This document shows positions 1 to 13,020 of a stretch of DNA of 64,000 nucleotides, piece after piece. The translations under genes were made by a program, and so were the position numbers. How positions within the stretch are numbered: the first letter of the stretch is position 1; each line of letters opens with the position of its first letter. This DNA is from Folioceros fuciformis (taxonomy: Eukaryota): positions 37,673 to 101,672 of the forward strand of contig JBNGIO010005925.1 of the NCBI GenBank assembly GCA_049999805.1. Direction: 5' to 3'. A model generated the notes under the pieces. It searched no databases and was not told the DNA's origin. It saw only the letters and a program-made list of their open reading frames with translations.

Positions 1-544
1 GATGCCGGATGTGGCGGGCCGGCCTACCATTGCGGATCTCTACGCCGGGGTTGTGGAGATGCAGGGAGTGGAAGTGAGCCTTCCTTCAGCCTGTACGGCT
101 ATTCGGCCCACGCTCGACTGTTTCTTCCCTCAAGTTCTGCTTCACTACATCCGCACGCCGCTGTTTGTGCTCAATTCTCCCTACGACGATTGGCAAGTGC
201 GGAATGTGCTGGTCCCAGGGGGCTCGGATCCTCCCGGCCAGTGGGACAACTGCCGCGATAATTTGGCGCGCTGTTCGCAAGAGCAGTTGCAGCTGGTGCA
301 TCGTTTCAAAGACGCCATGCTCAAGGAGTTGCAGCCGCTCCGGGATAAGAACGGGTCTGGCATGTTTCTGGACTCTTGCTTCACGCACTGCCAGACGGAG
401 TGGCCCATATCCTGGAATGGGCCTCACGCGGTGCGCCTGGATGGCAGGACCATAGCAGATGCCGTTGGGGATTGGTACTTCGATCGCAAGCCTGTGCACC
501 TTGTTGATTGCGCTTACCCCTGCAATCCCTCCTGCCCGATTTAG
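1..544 (+). CDS. PAE: Pectin acetylesterase, C-terminal part (5' end outside window)
   Basis: ORF 2..544 has PAE motifs: CFFPQ, TPLFVLNSPYDDWQ, FLDSCFTHCQ, TIADAVGDWYFDR and C-terminal DCAYPCNPSC; stop TAG at 542-544. Confidence 0.92.
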   Translation, partial: MPDVAGRPTIADLYAGVVEMQGVEVSLPSACTAIRPTLDCFFPQVLLHYIRTPLFVLNSPYDDWQVRNVLVPGGSDPPGQWDNCRDNLARCSQEQLQLVHRFKDAMLKELQPLRDKNGSGMFLDSCFTHCQTEWPISWNGPHAVRLDGRTIADAVGDWYFDRKPVHLVDCAYPCNPSCPI

Positions 545-959
545 GGTTTGGCTCCCCCTCCCCTCGGAAGCTTCCTTCCTTCCTTGATGAAGGAACATCG
601 GCACCTCAGCAGCGGCAGCATCAATCACTTGCCAATGCCCTGGAATGGAAAGTTCGGTACCACCATTTCTCTGAAGGACCGATGTGTATGTGAAGGAAAT
701 CCTACAAGAAAGAAAACGATGTGAATTCTCACATTTTCAAGAAGACGAGACGTGGTACAACTGGATGCAAACACAATGCAGTGCCTGGACAGGAACCCCA
801 GCTTCCATCAACTACCTTTGTGTACTTATGTGGAATAAATCCTGGAAGAACGAAGGTGAGTTCCATCTTTTCTCCCACACAATTTCAGGAGAGGACATAG
901 TACAATCCCATGCACTGCTGGTGCCTCAAGGACGGGAACTAGTGAGCTGCCCAGCTTTC

Positions 960-2190
960 TGAAGTACCCACGTGTAAGAAAGTGAAGTGACACTTGTCTC
1001 GTTAGAAAAACGGTGAATCCCAAGATAACCCTTATATAGTACAACTAGATTGATAGTCTATGCTTATACATATAGCCTTCAACCATGACTATAACTGGAT
1101 AAAGGATAAACATTACCTGGATTGTGGTTTTATTCCATATACCTTGGGGTATAATCTCTAAACTCTAATGTAGATATGTTGCACAAACCCCATAGGTTTC
1201 TAACACTCCCGCTTAACACATCAATGGTCTATTCAAGACTTACTTGGTTAACCCTAGCATCTTGCTAAACTTCGAATGCTTCTATGAAGCTAAGCCTTTA
1301 GTAAGAACATCAGTAGCCATGTCCTCAGGAGGACAATAAACTAAAGTTATTTCTTTAGACTGGACTTTCTTCCTGATGAAGGGATGCCTAACTTAGTCCT
1401 TGCATGGAAAATAGCGCTCTTATCCAAATAAATACAGCCTTGATTGTAGTTGAAGATGAGCATTGCACCTTGTTGCTTGAACCCTATTTCTTCAAGCAAT
1501 TGTCTGAGCCATATAGCTTCCACGGTTGCAGCTGAGGCTGCCATATACTCAACCTCTATAGAGGGTAGTGCCACTATAGGCTGGCGCCAACTATTCCATG
1601 AAATGGCTCCCCCAAATAGCATGAAGGCACACCCTGTGGTAGACCTACGAGTGTTGGCATTTCCGGCCGAATCTGCGTCGCAAAATCCCACAATATGAGC
1701 TTCTTCTTTCTCCTTCTTCCGATAGGTCGATGTCCAACGTTTTATGCCCTGCAAGTATGTGAGTATTCTCTTGATGACTTGATAATGCTGAGGTTGGAGG
1801 CTAACCACGAATTGGCTCACAACTCCCATTGCCTCTGCGATGTCTAGCCTGATGCTTGTTGCCAAGTAAGTAAGGCAGTCAACAACACATTGGTAAAGAT
1901 TCTTATCTACTTGTTCCTTCACATTGGAATCCAGCTCTTGTGATAACTTCTCATTGCGGATCATTGGCGTCTACGTTGGTTTACAATCTTGCATACCAAA
2001 ACACTCTATTATAGTTCGCACATATGTCTGCTGAATTAGAGAGATTGCCCTGTTGGTTCTTCTCTATCGACCTTTATTCCTAGGAGATAATTCAGCTCCC
2101 CAAGATCTCGTACAGCGAAGCTTTCACTAAGGCCTTGCTTTGCTAAGGTCAGAAGCTCCTGATCATTGCTAATGATGAGGAACAAACATG
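960..2190 (-). mobile_element. Degenerate Ty1/Copia retrotransposon (RT C-terminus, RNase H, PPT, start of 3' LTR)
   Basis: ORF 1347..1964 reads YQCVV..LTYLATSIRLDIA, GFCDADSAG..TRRSTTG, AISWNS.RQ..VAL...EVEYMA; on minus, purine tract AAGCGGGAG is followed by TGTTAG starting at 1205; left boundary approximate. Confidence 0.88.
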
Positions 2191-2454
2191 ACTATTGACT
2201 ATGCCGTGTGGTGGCCGTTGGGGTTGAGACACTTCGTACCATTAGGATCCCATTTGGTCCGCTTTTGCGCTCCCTCTACACCACACCTCATCTTTTGCCA
2301 CTCCAACCTACTAGACCGAGGCCGTTCGCGGCTGCTTGCCGATCGGGCATCCCTTCGGGCTCTTGCGAGTCCGTCTCATATACCCACGTACTCTCGCATT
2401 GGGATTATCAGGCCACCGAACGCCGGACCAAGTCCGTGCCATGACTACCTCTAG

Positions 2455-3300
2455 GGGAGCGACATATGCACAAGACCTAACCTTGCATTTTTAGTGGGAG
2501 CACTATCTAAATTCTTAGCGGCTCAGACGCAAGCCCATTGAAAGGCGGCAAAGAGAGTATTCAAATACTTGCGAGGCACCTCTGACATAGCGCTGTTATA
2601 TCAATAGAGAATTAAACAAGGTCAACCTTTACAACTTGAAGGTTATAGCGATGAGGATTGGGCAGGAAATACTGACAATAGGAAAAGCATGCCTACCTAC
2701 TTGGAGGAATAGCCATAAGTTGGAGCAGCAAGAGACACGCACTAGGAGAGACTCAACAGAGGTTGAATATTGCTCGCTAACACACGCTTGCAAGACGAAC
2801 TCTGGCAGCTCCTACAACTAACGGAACTTGAAGAGACACAAGACATACCAAGACCACTTTATTGTGACAACCAGAGTACCATAGCACTCACTTAGCACTC
2901 ACTTACAATCCAAAGTTCCATAGCACTCACTTACAATCCAAAGTTCCATGCAAGAACAATGCACATTGAAGTTTAGTTCCACTTCATCAGAGAAGTAAGA
3001 AAAGGTGGTAAGCTTGAAGTTCTATATTGGTCGACAGAACAAATGACAGCAAACATACTTACCAATACCAAGGCACTTACATCTCCTAAACATCAACAAC
3101 ATGCGACGAACATGGGACTAAGCAGTTTATCACATATTCAATAGCTTAAGAATTTTTTTTTATAGAACCTAAGGACTAGGCACTAAGTGGGAGTGTTAAG
3201 TTATTTAGCACACTAACCCTTAGGGCACAGTTCGTATTTACATACAATAAGCCAGATCTAGCGAACCGACATTGAGACTAATACTCGCGCAACGCTGTGG
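2455..3300 (+). mobile_element. Second degenerate Ty1/Copia fragment (RNase H, PPT, 3' LTR start), opposite orientation
   Basis: Frameshifted translation CTRPNLAFLVGALS, KRVFKYLRGT, GYSDEDWAG, STEVEY, YCDNQSTI, FHARTMHIEV; AAGTGGGAG followed by TGTTAAG at 3194; right boundary approximate. Confidence 0.85.
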
Positions 3301-4394
3301 CACACCCCCAATGTATTGAGCACACCTGCTCAAGAATCTGTCTAATCTGAATTACATCTGTCTGGATCCTGAACCATCCTGGACCGTTACATACACTAGA
3401 GCTTGTTTCCTGGGCTTGGCTGTCCAGGGTCAGTTCCTTACCTCTAAACTGAGACATTTTGTTGATGTTTAAAGGTTTTCTCGAGGAAAGACGAGACGGG
3501 TGAAAAAATCATCTCTGTACCGAGGACAGGGAAGGAGACCCCGAACCCCCAAGAGGTTGCAAGCTATGCTCGTGGGCTGTAGCGCCTACAATGTCAGGAC
3601 TGGGGAGATTGAATGGCCTGACAGTGTGCATACTCACTCAACTAATAGACGATGCATCTCCAGCACCAAGTTCTGCAAGTGTAAAGTGTGCCCTGTTCAG
3701 ACCAGTGGATACTCTCAACCAATTATGCTTGCAAATTAGTGTCGATACCAGGACTGATGCTGTTGCCGCCAGCTGTGTGGCAGAAGGCTAGGCCTGCAGG
3801 CAACTGCCCAGTGCACAAGCAGATTAGAACATGAATGGTGGTTTACTTGTCCTCATAGCGATCAGGCTTATAGCAAGCTACGATGGCTGGGCATCCTGTT
3901 GCAGGTGCCAACCCATGACTGTTATGTTCACCCAGTGGATAACGCAAGCAAAAGAAGAAACCGGCGTGAAGAGTTGGTGAGCGACGAATTCCAAGAGCTG
4001 CGAAAGGACCAGGGAGTGTTACTAGGAGAGGAACAGAGTCACCCACCTCAGCTAAAGGCCTAGGCCAGAGGGTAGCAGGAAATAGCAAGTGCGGCAATGG
4101 TTGGATGGCATTTCACCTACGAAGTGTCGCAGTCACGAGTCCACTGCAGTTTCCGACACCTAGTCCGACTGGAGTCTGCAGTGAGCTCAAGCACATGTCC
4201 GATATGTCGCTGCGGCAGCGTACGGTATGTGACTGTTTGGTGGGCGGGTTTAGGGTGGGCAACATTATCTGGAATCTGTTCAGGTGTGCTCAGTGGCAGG
4301 CGCGCTAGCGCTGTTGTTTAACGGTCTAGACCGTGTAGACGATGTCTATATATGTACTGTGGATCCATACCCCGGGGTATCGATCGGGATCGGG

Positions 4395-5853
4395 ATGGCC
4401 CGTCTAGATGTTGTGCCCTCACATCAGAAAGCCTGGATTTACCATCGCTACGGAGCTGCCAAAGATGTGCTGAGGTTGCAGGACGACGTGCCGGTCCCAG
4501 GCATCGCAACGGACCAGGTGTTGGTGAAGGTGAAAGCTGCGTCTCTCAATCCAGTGGACTGGAAGCGTCGCCAGGGATACTTCAAGGACAACGACACTCA
4601 CCTTCCAGTACTAGCTAGCTAACCTGTTGTCAGCTTAGCTTCACGTACTACTACCTTCCAACTCCATCTCAACACATTGTCAACTTACTAGTACTTCATC
4701 CATCAACCCCAAGTAGATTGGAATTGCACTGCTCTGTAAAATCTGTGGTGATGGCAGCATGTACCGGGCTACGACATGGCAGGAGTGATCGTCAAGACAG
4801 GAGCACAAGTGAGACGTTTTAAAGTGGGAGACGAAGTGCATGCGGACATCAACGAGATCCCCACCGTAAATCCCAAGAGGTTCGGAACGCTGGCCCAGTA
4901 CACAGCTGTGGAGGAGAAGCTAGTCGCTCTCAAACCATGCAACTTGGACTTTGCAAGATCTGCCGCTTTGCCGCTTGCCATCCTCACGGCCCAGGAGGCG
5001 TTCGAGAAGGCCAAGTTCCTGCCGGGCCACTCCTTCTTCGTGGTGGGCGGGGCTGGGGGAGTTGGCCACTTCGCCATCCAGGTGCGTGCCGTGCCTCCCT
5101 CCAGATGCATCCTCCGTCGTATGGGCTGCGGACAGTGCCTGGTGGATTCGACCACCTCCACTGCTGCTGCAGTCGCTACCGCATCAGTAACCAACAGACT
5201 GACGCGATTCTAATTGTCTTGTCTGATGATGAGCCATCTGCTGGCCATTTGCAGCTTGCCAAGCACAAGTATGGAGCATCCACAGTGGGTGCAACTGCCA
5301 GCAACTCCAAGATGGACTTGGTGAGGAGCCTCGGAGCCGATGTGGTCGTGGATTACGCCACCCAAAACTACTGGGAGCAACGGGACAAGTACGACTTCGT
5401 CTTGGACACCGTGGGTACGACAGCATGCAAAAGCAACCCTGAGCCTTCCTGATACACCCTGGAATACGATTTCAATATTGCACACGCACAGAACAGTTGC
5501 ATTGCATGATCGACAAAGTTGTACTGGGTGCTAGCATACACATATCTACGTGTTGCGTGGTGTGGCTGTGTGTGTCAGGGGAGTCTTTCAGAGCTTCCCG
5601 ACTGCTCAAACCGGTGTCGGGCATCGGGGCTACCACGGTGGACATCACCCACCTGCCCCCCAGCTTCTTCTACTTCTTTGTGAGATCCCACGGCGACCTG
5701 CTGGCCAGGCTTACTCCCCTTCTGGAGGAAGACAAAGTGAAGCCTCTGCTCGACGAAAATTGCCCCTACTCCTTCACCGAGGCTGTGGATGCTTTCCTCC
5801 ATTTGGAATCGGGGCACGCCACGGGGAAGATTGTAGTCAACATCGAACAGTAG
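4395..5853 (+). CDS. NADPH alkenal/one oxidoreductase-like (MDR quinone oxidoreductase / enone reductase), no transit peptide; exons 4395-4607, 4758-5081, 5255-5414, 5579-5853
   Basis: QKAWIY..YG, VKVKAASLNPVDWKRR, VPGYDMAG, GTLAQYT, GGAGGVG, YDFVLDTVG, LESGHATGKIVV; GT-AG introns join in frame. Confidence 0.9.
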
Positions 5854-5982
5854 TGGCAGTGGTTGCTGCTCTCCGTCAGGCTGCAGCAGGGTAGAGACGT
5901 TTGTTTTTAGTGTGTGCTACTTTTTTCACGTGAAGGAGAAAAGGTCTGTACAAGGCTGAAGAAGCTGGTCACTTCACTTTCT

Positions 5983-7500
<1,518 letters not shown>

Positions 7501-7763
7501 GGCTTATCACGAGGAGCTCAATCTCTCCGCTTCCGCTTCCTATTTCTCTTCCCGTTGCTGCAGGGTCAGCCTGTGGATGAACTGAAAGTGCCCAGTTGCA
7601 GCACCCTTCCTAGACCTTCCTCGCTTCCATAACCTCCTTCCGAAGGTTATGGACACCGTCTTGTGATGCCCTTAACACTGACACACGAATCGGTTGTGAT
7701 GGTACTTCGTCCATAGAAAAGACATGAGAAAGACGAAGCCGAAGATGTGTGCGTATTGTCAAG

Positions 7764-9067
7764 TCAGCCGATCATCCATGTGATTCGGCGAGCATTCAGA
7801 GCGTTCACTGCCACACTGATGCCAACAGAGCTCATAAGCAGCAGCAGCACAAAGGGCTGCTGCCCTCTGCTCAGAGATGGCTTAGGCCTTCCTTCCTCTC
7901 CAACGAGACTGGCATACTGGTGGTAACTTCTCACAGCCAGGCCCAGAAAAGAGGAGAAGGCCAGGATCTTGACGAAAGGTTCTCCGGTGGCAGACAAGGC
8001 AGCTGCTGCGGGCATCACTGCTGCAACCACGTCCGTTTTCCTCACCAGCCGTTGGAAAGCTACCAGGGAGAGCAAAGCCAGAAAGTAGACGGTGGGAGAG
8101 ATCCAGCCCAGCACTGCAGCCAGGCCGCTCAGCCCGGCTAACGACAACACTGCTGGACTGCTGCCGCTGCTGTCTGTGACACTCGCCACGTCTCCCACGC
8201 TCAGAACAGCGGAGACCCAGGTGGAGGCGGACAGGACAGCGGCCACGGGAGTCATGTCTATGATGAAGGCGTAGGCGTCCTGCAGGGCCAGGGCAAGCCA
8301 GCCCATGATGGTGAGCAGGATGGCCAGGGGTTCCCCGGCTGTCTCCACTGTCCATCTTACTGAAGCTGCCAGGGCTTGGCCCATGTAATCCACTGCGGCC
8401 AACGAGCCTAGTATCCATCTGCCCAACTCTGCAACGATGGTCTCCCTCATGACAACAGCCAGAACAACTCCTGTGCAACACACCATAGCACACCACTTAG
8501 ATGCTGCTCCTCCTGCACACGACAACCTCTCTCTGACTTAACTGTCCAGGAATGTATACGTGTTCTACCGGCGGCAACGAGAGGCCAGTTGGTCGTCTTG
8601 ATGGGAGGCCTTGCATACTTCTTGAAGAAGGGTGGGAGAGAACTGTTGGCCCACATGTCTACTTCTTGTTGCCTCTCTGCATTATCGCCATCCCCTGCTC
8701 CACTTGCACTTGCTCCCAACGCCCTGAATGGCAGATGAAAATCATGCCTCCCGCCTCCTACCTGCTCCTGCTCATGGGCATCAGCAGCTGGCTCACCTAC
8801 CACACATGCACAAGAACCTGCAGCAGGCTCCACGGTTATAGAACGTGTGTATACCTGTTGCTGCTGCTGGCTCTTCAAGGGCCTCGCCCCCCATCTCCAA
8901 GTCCCTTCACCCCCGAGCTTGCCGAGCTGCAAAACATGCGACGCGCCCGAGCCAACTCTGCACAGGCTTGTGGAAGCCCTGAAATTTTTGCTGCACCGCA
9001 CAACACTCGTTTGCCGTGCCTGGACTGCAAGATCTGGCTGCTGTAGCGGAATTCCGAGCACAGCCAT
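7764..9067 (-). CDS. EMB1923: Plastid multi-pass membrane protein, EMBRYO DEFECTIVE 1923-like; exons 9067-8569, 8470-7764
   Basis: Transit-like N-terminus; NWPLVAA, LVRKTDVV..VMP.AA.L..TGEPFV and C-terminal RITWMIG resemble the EMB1923 family (recalled, not searched); intron joins in frame. Confidence 0.65.
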
Positions 9068-9095
9068 CCTTCCAATTCTGACCCTGCCAGCAGGC

Positions 9096-9110
9096 AGGGT
9101 TTAGGGTTTT
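9096..9110. promoter_or_regulatory. Telo-box (AAACCCTA) in the 141-bp divergent promoter between EMB1923-like and ALKBH1
   Basis: AGGGTTTAGGGTTTT lies between ATGs at 9067(-) and 9209(+). Confidence 0.5.
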
Positions 9111-9208
9111 AAGAAGACCCAGGCACTTTTCCAACCACCCCACTCGCCTGATCCAGGTAGACGGAGCGAGAGAGAGGGAGCGGGCAGGACGCTAGTAAGC
9201 GAAGAGAG

Positions 9209-10363
9209 ATGGGTTATCTGGAAGCGCAGGAAGGCGCTGAAGCCCGCACGGCCTTCCGCACAGCCGAGAAGCAATACAAGCGGTACAAGAAGGAATCCAC
9301 GCAGTCCCGCCGAAATGCCAAGCACAGGTTTGGGCCTCCTTCCCTCCTCCTCGTTCCCTTTATTTTGTTGTTCCAGCAGGAGGAGGCTCATTTGTTGTAG
9401 TGCGTGCTGGGGTGCAGAACCAAGATACCTGTGGTGGATTTGTCACAGGTTTTAGATTTTCGGAAGACAAGATCTTGCAGTGGCGGCGACAGCAACAGCC
9501 AGTTGCAACTCCTCAAGGAATTCGAATGGCCAGTTTACACCCTTCACGATCGTCCCGGCTTCTTCTTCATTCCCGAAGCTCTGGATGTGCCGCAGCAAGC
9601 CTTTTGGATGCAGCAATGCGTGGGGAGCTTCCCTCAGCCTCCCAACCGCACCAACCACAACGCCCTGTACGGGCCTGTGGAGGACCTGTGGCGCGCAGCA
9701 CACGAGGATGCCGTTCTGGCTGAGAGTAGCGGCAACAACAAGAGCAACAGCGATGGCAGCAACAGCAAGTGGGAATTCGTCCCAAGATCACAGGTTCCCG
9801 AGGATGTTCGAGCAGTGACCGCCCCAACGCTAATGCGGAAGCTGCGATGGGCAACCATCGGGCTCCAATTCGATTGGTCGAGGAAAGGATACGACCCAGA
9901 GCTCCCGCACGCCCCTCTCCCGCCCCAACTGGCCGCCCTGGCTGCAAGGCTGGCCGTGCCGGCTGGGAGACGTGGAGACAGTAGCGAGTTCCGGGCGCAA
10001 GCAGCGATCGTGAACTACTACGGGCCGGACGACATGCTCGGGGGCCACGTCGATGACATGGAGGAAGATCTGAGCAAACCCATCGTGAGCATCAGCTTAG
10101 GATGCAAAGCCATCTTCCTACTGGGTGGCGAGACCCGCGACGAGGCTCCCATCGCCATGTTCCTGCGCAGCGGGGACGTAGTGCTCATGGCTGGCCCCAC
10201 GAGACGTTGCTTCCACGCCGTTCCCCGTACGTTCGTAGAGCCACCAGAGGCCGACCTGCCTGACTTCGCGTCGCTCAGGCCCCCGAATTGTCTTACAGAT
10301 TCCCTGCTGGCTTATATCAGGGAGACAAGGATCAACATAAACATCAGGCAAGTGTATGCCTAG
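9209..10363 (+). CDS. ALKBH1: AlkB homolog 1 (Fe/2-oxoglutarate dioxygenase); exons 9209-9327, 9418-10363
   Basis: TAFR.AEK.YK.Y, FPQPPNRTNHNA.YG, RKLRWATIG.QFDWS, AIVNYY, GGHVDDME, FLRSGDVVLM, FH.VPR, RININIRQV. Confidence 0.92.
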
Positions 10364-10476
10364 TGGGGGCTCCAGAGTAGTATGCACCCGAAAGGAATCT
10401 TGTATCCTCTTCCCTGCTTGGCGGAGGGGAAGGTAAAGGAATTCAGATGCACATGAAAGGAAGTGATTTCAGGATC

Positions 10477-11173
10477 TCACTTCTTGTTGCCAAAGTACTT
10501 GAATAGGCCGTAAGCAGCACCTCCCACAAGAAACAATCCCACGGTGGGTGTGTAGGAAGGGTACAGCACCCTGACGATGAAATCGTCCCATTCCTCCGGG
10601 AGCAATCCTGCAGCACACATGCCATGCGTCATCGGGCAGGGCTCGCAAGCTGGGATGATGAAGGAGAAGGACGAAGAGTGACATACTACCTGAAGCTGCC
10701 AGCACAAGACCCTCTAGCAGGATGAGAACTCCCAGAAAGCCTAGAGAAACAACATAAGCTGTCTCAATCTGCTGGGATTGAAGGTCCCCTTGGTTTCCCA
10801 GCAGAGGGTGGGAGGGAGGAGCTCTTCTGACCGGTACAGCAACAGGCCTAGATGCTGCCTGCTTCTTGGCCTTGTCCTTGGGAGCCGCTGCCGGTGCTGG
10901 TGCTCCGAATCCAGCCCCACTACCGAACTTGGAGGGAGCCACGGTTGGTCCTCCTGCTGCTGGTGCACTGACTCGGGCATTGCCCTTGCTACTCTTTCCA
11001 CTGCCAGCCTCCGATGATGATTCTTGCTCCTCCTTCTCCTCTCCAGAGCCTGTTACCCTCGCAACTGCGTGCCTCCATCTCCTGACCTGCACCGGCCGCA
11101 AGCAGATTGATGAAGACACCGGATTCACAACCTGCTGCTGGTGCCCTAATCCCTCCAGGCTGAGCAGCCTCAT
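10477..11173 (-). CDS. LPA2: LOW PSII ACCUMULATION 2 thylakoid protein; exons 11173-10690, 10607-10477
   Basis: GFG motif, RRAPP..PLL, two TM segments and LAASG.LPEEWD.F....LYPSYTPTV.LF..G..AYGL.KY. Confidence 0.88.
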
Positions 11174-12513
11174 GTTTATCCAACGTGTGCCGGGGAATCA
11201 GAAGTATGACTCAGGACTTGAAGAAGCACGAGCACTTTGGGGCCTTCATCCCTAGTACATAGACTCTTGATGGCCCCGTCGGGACTTGTTTACGTCCTGT
11301 ATCCCGGAAGTGGATAACAACCAGATTCTCCACAAACTGTGAACCCTCAACCCGGGTAAAGTCCCAGGTTCGAACTCATGGGAGTTGACAGTTTGACGTA
11401 CGTACTGTACAGATCTTCAGAGGCCACTCGCCGCCGGTTACATGTTCCACGGCATGTTTGCCACTTCGCATGTTACGCGCCGAATCGAGACGCGGTTTGT
11501 ACAATTTCAGCACCGACCAGAATCGTTGTGTGATTTAGTGGCCTGGCCTTCCGGTTCCATTTCAAGACAAAGATCGGCCTCTCACCTGAATTGCAACTGC
11601 GCACAACATCAGCGCCATGGCTATCTCTACCGCTCAGATTCCATGGCAGCTCAGAGGAGGCGGCCGACGTCTCTGCAGAACAGTTGGTGGACTCTGACTT
11701 CGGCAAGGCAACTCACAAGTATCAGGAACTCCGGGCAACGGTGAGAAGTTGAAAGGCTCAGTCGTTGCCAGGCTCGTCCCGGGCTCGTACTCTTCGACGT
11801 CAAGATGAATGAGTGGCACACAGCCTGTAGAAATGTAGTACGCCCGTTCTAACGTGGTGCCTTCTGGCATCTCAAGTGCAGCAAGACCAAGACCCAGGCA
11901 TGCCGCTACCAGGAGCTGAGTCCGAGGCAGCTGTTTACGGTCCTGAGATCGGTATGTGTCACCTGGATTATTTGCTATGTAAGCTCCCACCAGCACCTCT
12001 GAGGTATCGATGCTTCAATGCCGTGCGATGGCTTACCATACGGTAAACCCTGCTTGCGCTCTTCAGGGGGTTACTACAATCCTACGACTGGAGAAGCCTT
12101 CCGAGTCGGTGCTCCTGGAGGAGGGGTTGTCTCCAAGCTTCGTGAGACTTCGTTCTCTTCGCCGTGCTAGATATCAATTAGCTGACGAGGTACAGGACGG
12201 CCCGTTGCCAATCGTCTCTTCACTCCATTCCAGACGAGCCAGTGAAGAAACGTCTCGAGTCTCTGGAACCTCCTGCAGCAGATGCACGGCTTGTGAGCTC
12301 CAAGTTCAAGCGTGGCCGTGAGGACATTGAGAAGAAATATGACCAAGCAGCGTCGGGCAGTAAGTCCCTTCAATCACCTGCTTAATCTGCTGAGGCTGGA
12401 CTAGACGGCTCATTTCAAACGTCCAGATAGATGTCTAGAGTATTTCACTGCAGGTACCTTGAATTGAATTGGCACGCTCAGTGTCAACTATTTGGCTTGG
12501 ATCAGATTGACCA

Positions 12514-13007
12514 ATGACCGGATCTGACCATGCAGCTTCACACAATTTCCAATTCGATGATGGCCATGAGGACCAAACTGCGAATGACACGGATCGCGAT
12601 GAAGCGCTGAAGCAGGCTAGAAATATTCCAGATCTTGTCGACAGGTTTACCTTCCTTGTGTACTCTCACCAACCAAGCGGTCTTGATTTCGTAGTCTTGG
12701 CTGTAGATTTAGACGTTGTGACGAAACCTGGTCATGCTTGAAGGAACAAACACCATGTCTCAAACGCCAGGATGGTTCGTCTCTTGTAAATCCTGTGCAT
12801 GTGTTCGGGAAGAAGTTACTCCCTTACGATGGGAGAACACCGCGGCGAGAGCCGGAACACCATCGTCACGTTTTTCTGCTCTACAAGACGGAGTACCATC
12901 TCAAGTCGGCTGCTGCACCAAAAAAAAGAGCTTTCGTCAGTTCCGGGAGCTTCGCAACAGCTGATAATCTACAAAATCCGGTGCTAGCTTTCTACTTCAA
13001 AACCTGA
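12514..13007 (+). pseudogene. Decayed PEBP (FT/TFL1/MFT family)-like sequence
   Basis: Collinear PEBP-like blocks spread over three frames: ALKQARNIPDLVDRFT, FVVLAVDLD, WFVS, FGKKLLPYDGRTP..HHRHVFLLYK, R.F.SGSFA...NLQNPVLAFYF. Confidence 0.6.
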
Positions 13008-13020
13008 TTATTCAACTTAC

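Noticed and set aside
2187..2447. hAT-type insertion suggested by the 8-bp direct repeat CATGACTA
   Set aside because: No terminal inverted repeats, and the flanks belong to two different elements, so it is not a clean target-site duplication.
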